Both the position numbers and the translations under genes were made by a program. A stretch of 64,000 nucleotides of DNA from Patescibacteria group bacterium UBA6017 (GTDB taxonomy: Bacteria > Patescibacteriota > Saccharimonadia > UBA4664): positions 14,889 to 78,888 of the forward strand of contig DIZX01000016.1 of assembly GCA_002429485.1 (NCBI GenBank), given 5' to 3'. The first letter of the stretch is position 1. Each line of letters begins with the position of its first letter. The notes beneath the pieces are model-generated. The model ran no database searches. It was not told the DNA's origin and saw only the letters and a program-made list of their open reading frames with translations. Shown piece after piece: positions 29,299 through 39,823 of this stretch.

Positions 29299-29775
29299 AT
29301 GCACATCAACGTACGCGACATACTAGTTGAATCGGTCGGGTACAGTAGTACATACAAGATCACAGGCGAACGCCCGGATCTTGAAGCTGTCATACTGACC
29401 CGAGATATAGAGGGGGAGATTTCGATCTCTCGGCTCGATAATAGCTTGCTCGTTCGCGGGCACTTGGCTACCGAAGTCGAACTTGAATGCCATCGTTGCT
29501 TGAGCACTTTTAGCCGCCCTGCTGAGTTTAGTCTCAAGCAGGAATACGCCGAGGAGCCTGTAGACGAACAAATGCCTTTCGAGGGTGATGTCATTGACAT
29601 TGCACCGCTCGTAGAGCAAGAGATCATCTTAGGTCTTCCCATCAAAATACTTTGCCGCCTGGATTGCCCGGGTATCAAAGAGGCGCAGGGCAGGTATACT
29701 AAAGAAGACAATATTGGTGTGCGTCTTGCAGACAAGGCGCACATAACGAAAGGAACCCATCGTGGCCGTACCTAA
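29299..29775 (+). CDS. DUF177/YceD-family protein
   Basis: ECHRCL, LPIKILCRLDCPG; upstream of rpmF. Confidence 0.88.
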   Translation: MHINVRDILVESVGYSSTYKITGERPDLEAVILTRDIEGEISISRLDNSLLVRGHLATEVELECHRCLSTFSRPAEFSLKQEYAEEPVDEQMPFEGDVIDIAPLVEQEIILGLPIKILCRLDCPGIKEAQGRYTKEDNIGVRLADKAHITKGTHRGRT

Positions 29776-29929
29776 GAAACGTACTACCAGGACTGCTCAA
29801 GGTCAGCGTCGTTCGCACCTGGCACTCAGCCCCATTCAGCTAGTGAGCACCTCCACCGGAGCCCTCGTCCCTCGCCGCCTCAAAAAGGCTGCCGAGCTCG
29901 GATTGCTCAAAACTACCAAGAAAGTCTAG
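29762..29929 (+). CDS. rpmF: 50S ribosomal protein L32 (no zinc cysteines)
   Basis: [22 protein letters not shown]...; 55 aa, below the ORF-track cutoff. Confidence 0.92.
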   Translation: MAVPKKRTTRTAQGQRRSHLALSPIQLVSTSTGALVPRRLKKAAELGLLKTTKKV

Positions 29930-29940
29930 GCAAACTAGCT

Positions 29941-30405
29941 ATGGCCTCCAACCGTCATCTCGGCCGAATTGTCGCCATGCAGACGCTCTACGAGCACGAT
30001 TTTCGGTCTGGCGACGAGACAGAACGTGAGCTCTCGCCGATATTGCAGCGTAATCTCGACGAGTTTCGCTCCAGTATCGACGACACCAATTTCGTTGAAG
30101 ATCTCGTAGGGGGCGTCTCCGACAGCCAAACCGCCATCGACGCCATCATCGGCCCGGCCGCTCCGGAATGGCCGGTCGACCAGATCGCCAAGATCGATAA
30201 GGTCGTGCTGCGCATCGGCGTCTACGAGCTGATGATCAAACGTGACGTGCCGCCCAAGGTGGCAATTAATGAAGCCGTTGAACTCGCCAAAACCTTTGGC
30301 GGCGAAAACTCGAGCAAATTTATCAACGGTGTGCTCGGAACTATTTACCGAAACAGTGAATTTTATGAACCAGAAGAAGACCCGTCGGCCAAACCGATCG
30401 GCTAA
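29941..30405 (+). CDS. nusB: Transcription antitermination factor NusB
   Basis: [34 protein letters not shown]. Confidence 0.96.
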   Translation: MASNRHLGRIVAMQTLYEHDFRSGDETERELSPILQRNLDEFRSSIDDTNFVEDLVGGVSDSQTAIDAIIGPAAPEWPVDQIAKIDKVVLRIGVYELMIKRDVPPKVAINEAVELAKTFGGENSSKFINGVLGTIYRNSEFYEPEEDPSAKPIG

Positions 30406-30862
30406 ACCAAAATCCAATCGAAATCCCAAAGCTGTTCGCGAATATACCGCGGGCGGTGTGGTGTGGCGCCGTGTCGGCGACAACTTCGAGATCCTCATGA
30501 TCCAGGATCGCCTCGGCCGCTGGACCATCCCCAAGGGGCACGTCGAGGAAGGCGAGAGCCTGGAGCAGACCGCTCTGCGCGAAGTCGCCGAAGAAACCGG
30601 CCTCACCGAGTTTCGTATGGGCGAAAAGCTCGATAAACTGCACTTTTTCTATCGCAAGGAAGGGAAACTTATTTTTATGACAACTCACGTTTATCTCATG
30701 GAGGCCATCGGCGACACCGACGCCGTTGTTGCCGAGGATTCCGAAGGCATCGTGGATGCCAAATGGTTCGGCTCCGATGAAGCTCTCGGGCTCATCGAAT
30801 ACCGCGACACCGAGAAGCTTTTCCGCCTCGGCCTTGATAAGATTCAGGCCGCAGCCCTATGA
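30365..30862 (+). CDS. NUDIX hydrolase
   Basis: Nudix box [25 protein letters not shown]. Confidence 0.92.
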   Translation: MNQKKTRRPNRSAKPKSNRNPKAVREYTAGGVVWRRVGDNFEILMIQDRLGRWTIPKGHVEEGESLEQTALREVAEETGLTEFRMGEKLDKLHFFYRKEGKLIFMTTHVYLMEAIGDTDAVVAEDSEGIVDAKWFGSDEALGLIEYRDTEKLFRLGLDKIQAAAL

Positions 30863-31560
30863 ATCCGCTGCAAGAATTCCAGGACCGCCTCGGCATTCAT
30901 TTTAACGATATCTCGCTGCTCGAGCGGGCATTTATCCACCGATCTTACCTCAATGAACATCCCAAACTTGGCTTAGAGCACAATGAGCGTATCGAGTTCC
31001 TCGGTGATGCCGTGCTTGAGCTCGTAGTTACCGACTTCCTCTACCGCACCTATCCCAACCCTGAGGGTGACCTCACGAACTGGCGCTCAGCCCTCGTGAA
31101 AACCGAATCTCTGGCGACTGTAGCCGAGACTCTGAAGATTTCGGAGTATTTCAAGCTCAGCCGTGGCGAGGCCAAGGGCAATGCCCGCTCGCACGCGCTC
31201 ATTTCGGCCAACGCCGTCGAGGCAATTATCGGTGCGACCTATCTGGATCAGGGCTACGACATGGCCAAAAAATTCATCACCGACCACATTATTTCGCGCC
31301 TGCCGGAAATTCTCGAGACCGGCACCTGGATGGACCCCAAGAGTAAATTTCAGGAAGTCGCTCAGGAGCGTTTTGGCCTCACGCCCAACTACAAAGTGAT
31401 GGAAGAAGCCGGACCCGATCACGATAAGATTTTCACCATCGGGGTCTACGTGGGCGATTCGCTTTACGGCAAGGGCTCCGGCTCATCCAAGCAGGCCGGC
31501 CAGCAGGAGGCTGCCGCCGCCGCCCTCGAGAAGCTGGTTCAAGCCAAACCCGTAGCATAA
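30859..31560 (+). CDS. rnc: Ribonuclease III
   Basis: HRSY, NERIEFLGDAVL, dsRBD (DPKSKFQE...GPDH...GSSKQ). Confidence 0.97.
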   Translation: MNPLQEFQDRLGIHFNDISLLERAFIHRSYLNEHPKLGLEHNERIEFLGDAVLELVVTDFLYRTYPNPEGDLTNWRSALVKTESLATVAETLKISEYFKLSRGEAKGNARSHALISANAVEAIIGATYLDQGYDMAKKFITDHIISRLPEILETGTWMDPKSKFQEVAQERFGLTPNYKVMEEAGPDHDKIFTIGVYVGDSLYGKGSGSSKQAGQQEAAAAALEKLVQAKPVA

Positions 31561-31682
31561 GGAACTTGTAGGATATTCCTAATTCGTACCGAATATAGCC
31601 TGTTAATTTTGTAATCCTGCTATAATTTCACCAGACATACCGCCGAACCGGCGGGTGCCGGTTCCCTGACAAGGGAGTGAAA

Positions 31683-32585
31683 ATGAGCGTCCACCCGCTT
31701 CGCCTGCACGTACCGTCGGTACCCAAGAGGGTCACGGGACTTGCTCCGCAAGAGCACAGGATTATTGTTTTGCCCGGCGGTTTCAAGATGCACGTTCTTG
31801 TCATCAACCCCGGCAAAGCTGATGTTGTACTGTTTCTGCATGGGGTCGGGGCTTCACCGGATCTCCTACACCACCCGCTTTCCTGCTGGGCCAAGGCCCA
31901 CGACGTCACCATGTGCGCCCTGTACTTGCCATGTCACGGCTTGAGCGACGATATTCGTTCATTTCCGGAGCTCATCGATGTCATCGGCCTGGCGGCCGAG
32001 AAGCTCGGGCTTCGCAGCGCCGTGTTCATGGGGCATTCGCTCGGAGCGCATCTTGTCGTGTGTCTGGCCGAATCCCGCCCGGATCTCATGGCATCCGGCG
32101 TCGTCCTGTCGCTGCCCACCAAGATTTATACCTCGGGGCTCCATTTCCTGGCCACAATGCCCGCATTGGGGATCGACGCCTACGTCACCTCGAATGTAGC
32201 GATGCTTGGGTCGTTCTTCCACGGGAACCCCATGGCGTTGGCTTCAGCCTTCGTCGATGCTGGCGTCCGTATGGCCAACGGCTACCGAATCTACGATGTT
32301 CTGAAGGGAGCACCCGACCTCGCAGGCATATTGCCTCACGTTTTGCAGCCCATGATCTCGCTGCACGGTGGCTTTGATCTCGCCGTACTGCCGGCCAAGT
32401 TCGCCTCCGGAGGCAACTTCGAGAGTATTGTCCTGCCAGGGATGCCTCACAACTTCCTGTGGTTGGACTGGACCATTCCGGTAGTCTCGGATGCCCTCGG
32501 AAGGGCTCTGCAGTCAGTCCGCGTCCAGCCGCTGGCTGAGGTCATCACCCTCCCTAACCGCCTTCTCGGCGCCGCCGTTTCTTAG
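31683..32585 (+). CDS. Alpha/beta hydrolase
   Basis: FLHG, LPCHG, GHSLG, HGGFD, PHN. Confidence 0.85.
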   Translation: MSVHPLRLHVPSVPKRVTGLAPQEHRIIVLPGGFKMHVLVINPGKADVVLFLHGVGASPDLLHHPLSCWAKAHDVTMCALYLPCHGLSDDIRSFPELIDVIGLAAEKLGLRSAVFMGHSLGAHLVVCLAESRPDLMASGVVLSLPTKIYTSGLHFLATMPALGIDAYVTSNVAMLGSFFHGNPMALASAFVDAGVRMANGYRIYDVLKGAPDLAGILPHVLQPMISLHGGFDLAVLPAKFASGGNFESIVLPGMPHNFLWLDWTIPVVSDALGRALQSVRVQPLAEVITLPNRLLGAAVS

Positions 32586-32820
32586 CCGGCGCCATCTAGT
32601 TTGTCTGTCGCTGAGTATGAGCCCCGACAGCCCGACGCAACGCCATATCCCTTTCGGGGGGTGTGGCGTTTGTCAGTTTAGGGGCTTTGTAGAGCAGTCT
32701 AAATTATTCGCGTGTATCTTGCATAATTCTTATGATTATGCTATTATCAACCTCAGGCATTATCCCGATTTCACTTTTGAGTCGGCGAAACGCCGGTTCA
32801 CTGACAGTAGGGAGAGGACC

Positions 32821-33618
32821 ATGGAGGTCCAGCAATACCCAGTCGTCCTAAAGGGTGGCCCTGTCATTATGACTGCCTGCATCAACCCTGGCAAAACTCG
32901 CCACGCCGTGTTCCTTCATGGGCTCGGTGCCTCGCCCCGTGCCATGTACCCGTTTCTCGAGTACGTTGCCGTAAAGGAGGGTGTTACGATCATTGCGCCT
33001 CGTCTGCCATGTCACGGTAAAAGTGACGACGTGGATACGGCGGATGAATTCATTGCTCGTCTCGGCGAGTGGGGTGAGGCCGTCGGGCTCTCAGGTGACT
33101 TGGTTGTCGGTCACTCTCTCGGTGCTCTTGTGCTTCCGCACATTGCAAAGCGTTTCCCGAACCAGATCGGGGCTGGGATTTGTCTTGCCTTGCCTACTGA
33201 GCCACTCTCGGGCAGGCTCGATCTGTACAGACGCCTTGTGCATGTCGGAACTGACGTCACCATCACTACTAGTGTCGCCTTGATTGAGGCCTTTCGGTAC
33301 GGTGACGGCCCAAGGTTCAGCAGGGCCGTCCAAAGCACTGCATCTGAGGGTTTCCGGCTGCGCCAAATGATGAAGGTGCTTCAGGGACTTTCGGATGTTG
33401 AGCTAGTCCTTGATGGGCTCGATATTCCGATCGCGCTCATGTGGGGGGAGCGCGACAGCGCCACTCCGCCACAAACCGAGCGCCTAGATCACCCAATCGT
33501 TCTTCCTGGCCAGCATCACTGTTTTCTGATGCTGCGCGAAGATTGGGAGCCGATTCGGGCTGAATTCCACGCCAAGCTCGAGTATCTCTCTCCCTCTCAA
33601 TCCGCCACGGCCTCATGA
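32821..33618 (+). CDS. Alpha/beta hydrolase, paralogue of the preceding gene
   Basis: FLHG, LPCHG, GHSLG, WGERD, QHH; RBS GGAGAGG. Confidence 0.85.
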   Translation: MEVQQYPVVLKGGPVIMTACINPGKTRHAVFLHGLGASPRAMYPFLEYVAVKEGVTIIAPRLPCHGKSDDVDTADEFIARLGEWGEAVGLSGDLVVGHSLGALVLPHIAKRFPNQIGAGICLALPTEPLSGRLDLYRRLVHVGTDVTITTSVALIEAFRYGDGPRFSRAVQSTASEGFRLRQMMKVLQGLSDVELVLDGLDIPIALMWGERDSATPPQTERLDHPIVLPGQHHCFLMLREDWEPIRAEFHAKLEYLSPSQSATAS

Positions 33619-33788
33619 CGCCGCGGCCCCATCGTCAACCCGACTACACCTTCTGGGTGCAGTCAATCAGACGAAAATGCCATCCCTGCCAACGCGGGGG
33701 TGGCATTTGTCATTTCTGTCTAACCGAATTTATCCCCATCTCCTCCACCTGATACAATAATGCTAATGGTGTTTGGAGCAGACTCAGC

Positions 33789-36275
33789 GTGTTTCTTCGG
33801 CGAGTAACAATTACCGGCTTCAAATCATTTGCCAATAAAACCGTGATCGATCTCGAGCACGGTATCACTGGCGTGGTCGGCCCCAACGGCTCGGGCAAGA
33901 GCAATATTGCCGACGCCATCCGCTGGGCGATGGGGGAGCAGGGCAAGGCTCGCTTGCGGCTGGGTGATCGCGATGAAGTGGTCTTTGCCGGCACCGACAA
34001 GCGCGCCAAGGCGAGCTTCGCCGAAGTAATTCTATTGTTTGACAATGAAGACGGTTCATTTCCGCTCGATCTTACCGAGGTAGAAATTTCGCGGCGAATG
34101 TACCGCAGCGGCGAAACGGACTATCGGCTGGCCGGCCGTAGCGCGCGGTTGAGCGATATTCAGGCGCTGCTGGCCGGGGCCGGGGTGGGCGCGAGCAGTT
34201 ACGCCGTAATTGGCCAGGGGATGATTGATTCGATTCTGATGAGCTCGCCATCCGAACGCAAACTGCTGTTTGAGGAGGCAGCAGGCATCCGCGGGCCTGA
34301 GCTCGGGCGCGAGGCCGCTGTACGAAAACTCACAGCCACAGCCGGCAATCTCACGCGTCTGCGCGATATTTCGGCGGAGCTGGCGCCTCGCCTTGGCGCC
34401 CTGGAGCGGGCCGTGGCCGCCGCCGACGAGCAGACCCGCCTCACGTCGCGAGTAACTGAGCTGCGTACTGCCGTGGCGAGTGCCCAGCATGCCCACTGGA
34501 CGCTCGTGGAAGCCGGTGAGGCCCATCGGTCGGCAGAGCTGCTGCAATCGGCTCACCGCCTGCGCCACGAGCTGCGCGCGCTCGAACGCACCCGTGAGCA
34601 GCAGGATCGTGCCGAAGCGCAGGCCCTTGGCCAGCGCCAGCAGCTCCAATCTGGGCTGGCCGCCCTCGAGCTCCGTCGCGACTCAGCTGCCGCGGACCTC
34701 GCCGCCTCCCAGTCCGCCACCAGCGCCGCCGCTCGCAATATCCAGTCGGCCGGCGAGCTCAAAATACGCCTCGCCCGCGCCGAAGCCGACCTGGCTGCGG
34801 CCGAGGGCCGACTCAAGGACTCTCGCGCCGAGCTGGCTGCCAGTGCCGTAGGCGCCGCCCGCGCCGATAAGGCCGTGGACAAAGCTGCCCACGAGGTTGC
34901 GGCAGCTCAATCCGCTTTGGTGGCCGTCCGCAACGGGATCAACGATGGCTCTCGCGACCAATATCTGGATCACGCCCTCCAAATACTCAAAACGCTGGCC
35001 CTCGGGCTGGGAACGCCGCAGTACGATGAAGGTCGGGTGCGCCTGCTTGTACACAAGGCCGGGCGCCTACTCAGTCATGCTACCCGCAGCGGTGCGGCCG
35101 AGCTTCTTGCCGAGCTCAAAACCGCCCAGAAACACCTTGAAGCCGCGATGTCGCGCCGCGAAACCGCCGTGGAGCACCAGACCAACGTGTCTATTACCGG
35201 CCGTTCGCTTGAGATTGATATTACCCATCTGGAGGGTGAAGTTGTCCGGCTAACTCAACGCCGAAATGATATTTTGACCGAGCTGAAGCCGCTAGAATTG
35301 GCTTCATCTCAGCTCAAATCACTTCAGTCAGCCGAGCACACTGCCGTTAAGACCTTGCAGGACATCACCAAACAGCTCGAAGTTCAACGTTCTCAACTCG
35401 CCGATCTAAGTGTCGGTTCCGGTGATATCTCTGTCCATTCCAAGACCCTCACTGCCCTCGAACTCACGAGAGCCGCCATTTCCAATGTTGCCCGCGATCA
35501 TACTCAGGCCGGGCAAAACCGACTCGCTGCCGCGTCCGAACTGGCTGCCACCGTCCGCCGTGCCGCCGAGTGGGCCGTCACTATTACCTCCTCGGACGCT
35601 CATGAAGACCTCGCAGTCCTGACCGATCAGCTCGCCCGCGCCGAAACTCTCCTCGAGGCCCGCACTCAGGTGTATCAGGAGCAATTGGTCGAATACGAGG
35701 AGGTCTCCACTCGCCAAACCGAGCTTGCCGCCCAAATTAGCGACCTCGAATCTGCCGAATCCGACCTGCGAGCCCTCGTGACCGAGCTCGATACGCTCAT
35801 CCGCTCGCGTTTCAAGGAAAATTTCCAAGCCTTGGCTGAGCAATTCAAGATCTACTTTGGCCGCCTCTTCAACGGCGGCACCGCTTCGCTCGAGCTCGCC
35901 GAGACTGACGATGGCACTTATGGCATTACTATCAAGGCCAGTCCCAACGGTAAGCGCCTCACGACTATAGCGGCCCTGTCCGGCGGCGAACGAGCCTTGG
36001 CTGGTGTGGCCCTAGTGGCCGCCATTATGCGCGTCAACCCCAGCCCCTTCGTGGTCCTCGACGAAATCGACGCCGCCCTCGACGAGGCCAATTCGGGCCG
36101 TCTCGCCGGCATTCTCACCGAACTTCAGCAGTATTCGCAGCTCATCGTCATTACCCACAACCGCCAGACCATGAAGGCCGCCCGCGTGCTCTTTGGGGTT
36201 ACAATCAATGAGCATCACATCTCGCACCTCATCTCCATGCGCCTCGAACAAGCCACCCAGCTCGCCGCCCGCTGA
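33789..36275 (+). CDS. smc: Short SMC chromosome segregation ATPase
   Basis: GFKSFA, GPNGSGKSN, IGQG, LSGGE, LDEIDAALD, ITHN. Confidence 0.9.
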   Translation: MFLRRVTITGFKSFANKTVIDLEHGITGVVGPNGSGKSNIADAIRWAMGEQGKARLRLGDRDEVVFAGTDKRAKASFAEVILLFDNEDGSFPLDLTEVEISRRMYRSGETDYRLAGRSARLSDIQALLAGAGVGASSYAVIGQGMIDSILMSSPSERKLLFEEAAGIRGPELGREAAVRKLTATAGNLTRLRDISAELAPRLGALERAVAAADEQTRLTSRVTELRTAVASAQHAHWTLVEAGEAHRSAELLQSAHRLRHELRALERTREQQDRAEAQALGQRQQLQSGLAALELRRDSAAADLAASQSATSAAARNIQSAGELKIRLARAEADLAAAEGRLKDSRAELAASAVGAARADKAVDKAAHEVAAAQSALVAVRNGINDGSRDQYLDHALQILKTLALGLGTPQYDEGRVRLLVHKAGRLLSHATRSGAAELLAELKTAQKHLEAAMSRRETAVEHQTNVSITGRSLEIDITHLEGEVVRLTQRRNDILTELKPLELASSQLKSLQSAEHTAVKTLQDITKQLEVQRSQLADLSVGSGDISVHSKTLTALELTRAAISNVARDHTQAGQNRLAAASELAATVRRAAEWAVTITSSDAHEDLAVLTDQLARAETLLEARTQVYQEQLVEYEEVSTRQTELAAQISDLESAESDLRALVTELDTLIRSRFKENFQALAEQFKIYFGRLFNGGTASLELAETDDGTYGITIKASPNGKRLTTIAALSGGERALAGVALVAAIMRVNPSPFVVLDEIDAALDEANSGRLAGILTELQQYSQLIVITHNRQTMKAARVLFGVTINEHHISHLISMRLEQATQLAAR

Positions 36276-36360
36276 GCATACTCTAGCCGTATCTGTTGAC
36301 TTATCCCCCAAAAATCGGTAAACTCAACTTCGTTGTATCGAATTTATTAGGAACTACCTT

Positions 36361-36750
36361 TTGTTAGTAATTCGCCTAGCCCGCACCGGCCGAACTAAAT
36401 ACCCCACCTACCGCATTGTCGCTGCCGAATCTGCTCGCGCCGCCACGGGTAAGTTTGTAGCTGTCCTCGGACACTACAACCCTCATACCAAAGAAATCGT
36501 CATCAAGCGTGACGAAATCGCCAAGCACCTCGGCAATGGCGCTCAGCCGTCAAATACCGTCGTAAAGCTTCTGATTCGCGAAAAAGTTGAGCTGCCCGCC
36601 TGGGTTAAGCTCAAGACTAAGGCTCCCAAGCCGACTGAAGCTGTCGCCGAAGAAGCCGCTGCCGAAACCGCCCCAGCTGCCGACACCGAAGTTACTCCGG
36701 CCGAAGCCGAAGCTGACGCTGCTGCCGAAAACACCGACGCCGACAAGTAA
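36361..36750 (+). CDS. rpsP: 30S ribosomal protein S16
   Basis: IRLARTG...YRIVAAE...GHYNP...GAQPS. Confidence 0.96.
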   Translation: MLVIRLARTGRTKYPTYRIVAAESARAATGKFVAVLGHYNPHTKEIVIKRDEIAKHLGNGAQPSNTVVKLLIREKVELPAWVKLKTKAPKPTEAVAEEAAAETAPAADTEVTPAEAEADAAAENTDADK

Positions 36751-36827
36751 TCCCTTCGTAGGGGTTCTTGCTCTGTAAAAAATGGTATGATATTTTCATC
36801 ATCCATAATTCTGATAGGAGTGGTGCT

Positions 36828-37235
36828 ATGCCTGACATGGATAAAGAATTTGTAGAATACGTAGTGAGAGCGCTCGTTAGTCACCCAGATGACGTAAGCG
36901 TCCGCAGGTCCGTCGACGATATGGGAGTATTACTGGAATTATCAGTGAACCCCGAAGACATGGGCAAGGTCATCGGTAAGGCCGGGGCCACCGCCAAGAG
37001 TATCCGTACGCTGCTTCGAGTATTAGGCTCGCGCAACGACGCTCGCGTCAACCTCAAGATTATCGAGCCCGAAGGTAGCGAATATCAAGACGACCGCCAG
37101 GACAGCCCTGCCGCCCCCGTAGCCCCGGCTCAAACGGCTCCAGAGGCTCCCGCGGCCCCTCAGCCCGACGCCGATTCCGAGATGGTTGCCCGCACCAAGC
37201 GCGAGTTTGCCGACCTCGACGATCTCGACCTCTAG
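36828..37235 (+). CDS. khpA: KH-domain RNA-binding protein
   Basis: DMGKVIGKAGATAKSIRTL; follows rpsP. Confidence 0.88.
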   Translation: MPDMDKEFVEYVVRALVSHPDDVSVRRSVDDMGVLLELSVNPEDMGKVIGKAGATAKSIRTLLRVLGSRNDARVNLKIIEPEGSEYQDDRQDSPAAPVAPAQTAPEAPAAPQPDADSEMVARTKREFADLDDLDL

Positions 37236-37247
37236 AAACCTCCAATT

Positions 37248-37931
37248 ATGAAAATCGACATTATCACACTGTTTCCGGACATGTTCAAAGGTCCCTTCGA
37301 CATGAGCATGATTTGGAAAGCCCAGGATAGGGGATTAGCGCAGATTAACCTCATTAACTTGCGCGATTTTGGCTTGGGAACGCGCCATACCGTCGATGAT
37401 ACCCCTTATGGTGGCGGGGATGGCATGGTCCTCAAGCCTGAGCCGGTGGTGGCAGCTATTGAGGCTGCCCGAACCGCCAATCCCGGTGCGCGCGTGATTG
37501 CCCTCACGCCCAGCGGCCATCGATACAGCCAAGCCATGGCTGCTGAGCTGTCCGAGCTGCCGGGCCTCATTCTGCTGGCCGGCCACTACGAAGGCTTCGA
37601 TGAACGCATACTTACCTACGTGGACGACCAGGTTTCTATTGGCGACTACGTGCTTACCGGCGGCGAACTGCCCGCCATGGTGATCTTAGACAGCGTCGTG
37701 CGGCTGATTCCCGGCGTTTTGGGTGGGGAGGCTAGTGCCGCCGACGAATCGTTCAGCGAGCCCGACCTGCTCGAGTATCCACACTACACCCGTCCGCAAG
37801 AATTCCGCGGTGAAGCCGTGCCGGAAGTGCTGCAAAACGGCCACCATGCCGAAATCGCTAAATGGCGCCGCGCTCAAGCCCAAGCCAAAACCGCCAAATT
37901 CCGCCCCGATTTGCTCAAAAACTCAAACTAA
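37248..37931 (+). CDS. trmD: tRNA (guanine-37-N1)-methyltransferase
   Basis: DDTPYGGGDGM, GHYEGFDER, SIGDYVLTGGE. Confidence 0.97.
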   Translation: MKIDIITLFPDMFKGPFDMSMIWKAQDRGLAQINLINLRDFGLGTRHTVDDTPYGGGDGMVLKPEPVVAAIEAARTANPGARVIALTPSGHRYSQAMAAELSELPGLILLAGHYEGFDERILTYVDDQVSIGDYVLTGGELPAMVILDSVVRLIPGVLGGEASAADESFSEPDLLEYPHYTRPQEFRGEAVPEVLQNGHHAEIAKWRRAQAQAKTAKFRPDLLKNSN

Positions 37932-39043
37932 TTTTCGAAATGATTCCAAAGCTGGCTAGATAGGTCGGCAAACATGGCCGGGGCGTTTCCGGGAGAATTC
38001 CATGGCCCGCTTGTTACCACTACCAAGTAATTAGTTTTTGGTCCGTACACAATCCCTGCGTCGTGGACTACTCCGTCGAGGTCGCCGGTTTTGTGTGCAA
38101 TCACCGTTCCGGCCGGCAAGCCTACCGGTAGGCGGTTGTTTACTCGTTGGTCCTTGAGCAGCCCCAAAAACTTATCGCTCGAGCTGGCCGACACCAACGT
38201 TCCGCTGTACAGGCGGGTCAACAGTGTGGCTACGTCGCCAGCCGATGTCCTTTGTGGGTCAGCCAAGCTAGTTTGCTTGTAGCCCTCTACCCCCAGCGCC
38301 TGGTCTTGCGCGCCCCATCCCAGTATCGTCCCCAGCGCTCGCCCACAGGCGTTGTCGGAGACGTTAATCATTACCGTCAAACACCCGTCAATATTGCGCC
38401 CGGTGTCGCCACCTGCCGCTTTGCCGTAGGTCAGTTGCCCCAAGTCTATTTGCTGGTAAATCCGCTGCGCCACAAACAGTTTATACAGGCTTGCACTTGT
38501 GATTTGCCGGTCTGGATTAATGCTGGCCGTTTCGCCAGTGGTCATATTTTTTACAACGATACCGAATTTATCAGCATTTGCTGCCGTGAACGTGTCCAAT
38601 AGCTGCTGCAGCCCGGTTCTTTGCGGTGTCGGCACGACGGCTGCTGCGGCAGCGGGCTTTACGGCGGCGTTTGGCGCGGGTGCGCTGCGCTCGGAGGCCC
38701 TGGCCGTTGAGTTCGAAGGAGTCGTTAGTGCGCCCACCATCACCGTCGAGGCCACCAGTGCCGTTGCTACCAACCCAAATGCAATCGCCGGCCGTTTCCA
38801 GGCAATCTGCGGCAATCGCAACGATGGCATCTGCCATACGGGAGTAGCCTCCATCGCTGCTGCCTGCATGTTTACTACCGCCTCGCGAGGGGTCGGCATT
38901 ACCGGCCGACGAATGCCGTCCATGCCCACCGTGTAGGCTCGAGGCTGAGGCGACAAGGCCGCCACAGCCGGTTTCGGCTGCGACAATACTATCGTCTGCT
39001 GGCGGCGCACACTTGGCCGCACTCCATCCATCACATGAATCAT
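37928..39043 (-). CDS. Membrane-anchored serine hydrolase of the beta-lactamase/PBP fold
   Basis: SLYK (SxxK), SDN and HKTG motifs after a TM helix; start uncertain. Confidence 0.87.
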   Translation of the reverse strand: MIHVMDGVRPSVRRQQTIVLSQPKPAVAALSPQPRAYTVGMDGIRRPVMPTPREAVVNMQAAAMEATPVWQMPSLRLPQIAWKRPAIAFGLVATALVASTVMVGALTTPSNSTARASERSAPAPNAAVKPAAAAAVVPTPQRTGLQQLLDTFTAANADKFGIVVKNMTTGETASINPDRQITSASLYKLFVAQRIYQQIDLGQLTYGKAAGGDTGRNIDGCLTVMINVSDNACGRALGTILGWGAQDQALGVEGYKQTSLADPQRTSAGDVATLLTRLYSGTLVSASSSDKFLGLLKDQRVNNRLPVGLPAGTVIAHKTGDLDGVVHDAGIVYGPKTNYLVVVTSGPWNSPGNAPAMFADLSSQLWNHFEN

Positions 39044-39124
39044 ATATACAGTATAACCATAAGCTTCATATCGCTTCAAGTCGCAGTTTTTTCGTAACGT
39101 ATACTAGTAGATGAAATGGAGATT

Positions 39125-39532
39125 ATGATGAAATTTGCCAACCTGCTGCCAGCTACTACCGTCTACGCTCACTGCGATCTGCCCTGCGGTGTTTACGATC
39201 CCGCCCAAGCCCGCATTGAGGCCGAATCAGTCCTCGCCATCTGCAAGAAATACCAGCAATACACCGACAAGGCCGATGAAGTCTTCCGCACTCGCTGCAT
39301 CGTCATCAAAGATGAGCGTGCCGAGCTCGTGAAACGCCATCTCTGGGTGTTGTGGACGGATTACTTCAAGCCCGAGCATCTCGAAGCTCACCCTCAGATC
39401 CACGACCTTTTCTGGCGCGCCACCAAGCAAGCTGGCCAGGCCAAGCACCACACCGATGTCGAAACTGCTCAAAAATTGCTCGAGCTCATCGCCGAGATCA
39501 CCGAAGTCTTCAACGCCACCAAGAAGGCCTAA
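39125..39532 (+). CDS. sodN: Nickel superoxide dismutase precursor
   Basis: Ni-hook HCDLPCGVYDP after a short propeptide; LWTDYFK. Confidence 0.96.
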   Translation: MMKFANLLPATTVYAHCDLPCGVYDPAQARIEAESVLAICKKYQQYTDKADEVFRTRCIVIKDERAELVKRHLWVLWTDYFKPEHLEAHPQIHDLFWRATKQAGQAKHHTDVETAQKLLELIAEITEVFNATKKA

Positions 39533-39538
39533 ACCTTC

Positions 39539-39820
39539 ATGTCGATTTGGCCCCTCGGAATATATAGGGTAGCGGGGGACAGTATGCTGCCGACATATCA
39601 GCCGGGCGACACCCTCCTGGGCCTGCGCTGGTTCACATCGCGGCCCGGCCAGGTGGTGGTGGCCATAGAGTCCGGACGGCCTGTCATCAAGCGCATCGTC
39701 TCTATCGAGGACACCGCTATCACCCTCGCCGGAGACAATCCCGCCGCCTCCACCGACTCGCGCCACTTCGGCCCTGTCCATAAAAAACAACTAGAAGCCA
39801 AAATACTTGTTAAGATATAA
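39539..39820 (+). CDS. sodX: NiSOD maturation protease (S26-like)
   Basis: GDSMLP, IKR, GDN, DSRHFG; directly after sodN. Confidence 0.9.
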   Translation: MSIWPLGIYRVAGDSMLPTYQPGDTLLGLRWFTSRPGQVVVAIESGRPVIKRIVSIEDTAITLAGDNPAASTDSRHFGPVHKKQLEAKILVKI

Positions 39821-39823
39821 CCT

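Noticed and set aside
36361-37931. Absence of rimM between khpA and trmD, and cysteine-free L32
   Set aside because: Ordinary variation in reduced genomes; rimM may be elsewhere or lost.
37928-39043. Class A beta-lactamase resistance gene
   Set aside because: Membrane-anchored with a long N-terminal region and a shortened omega-loop region lacking an obvious Glu166 motif; more likely a cell-wall peptidase.
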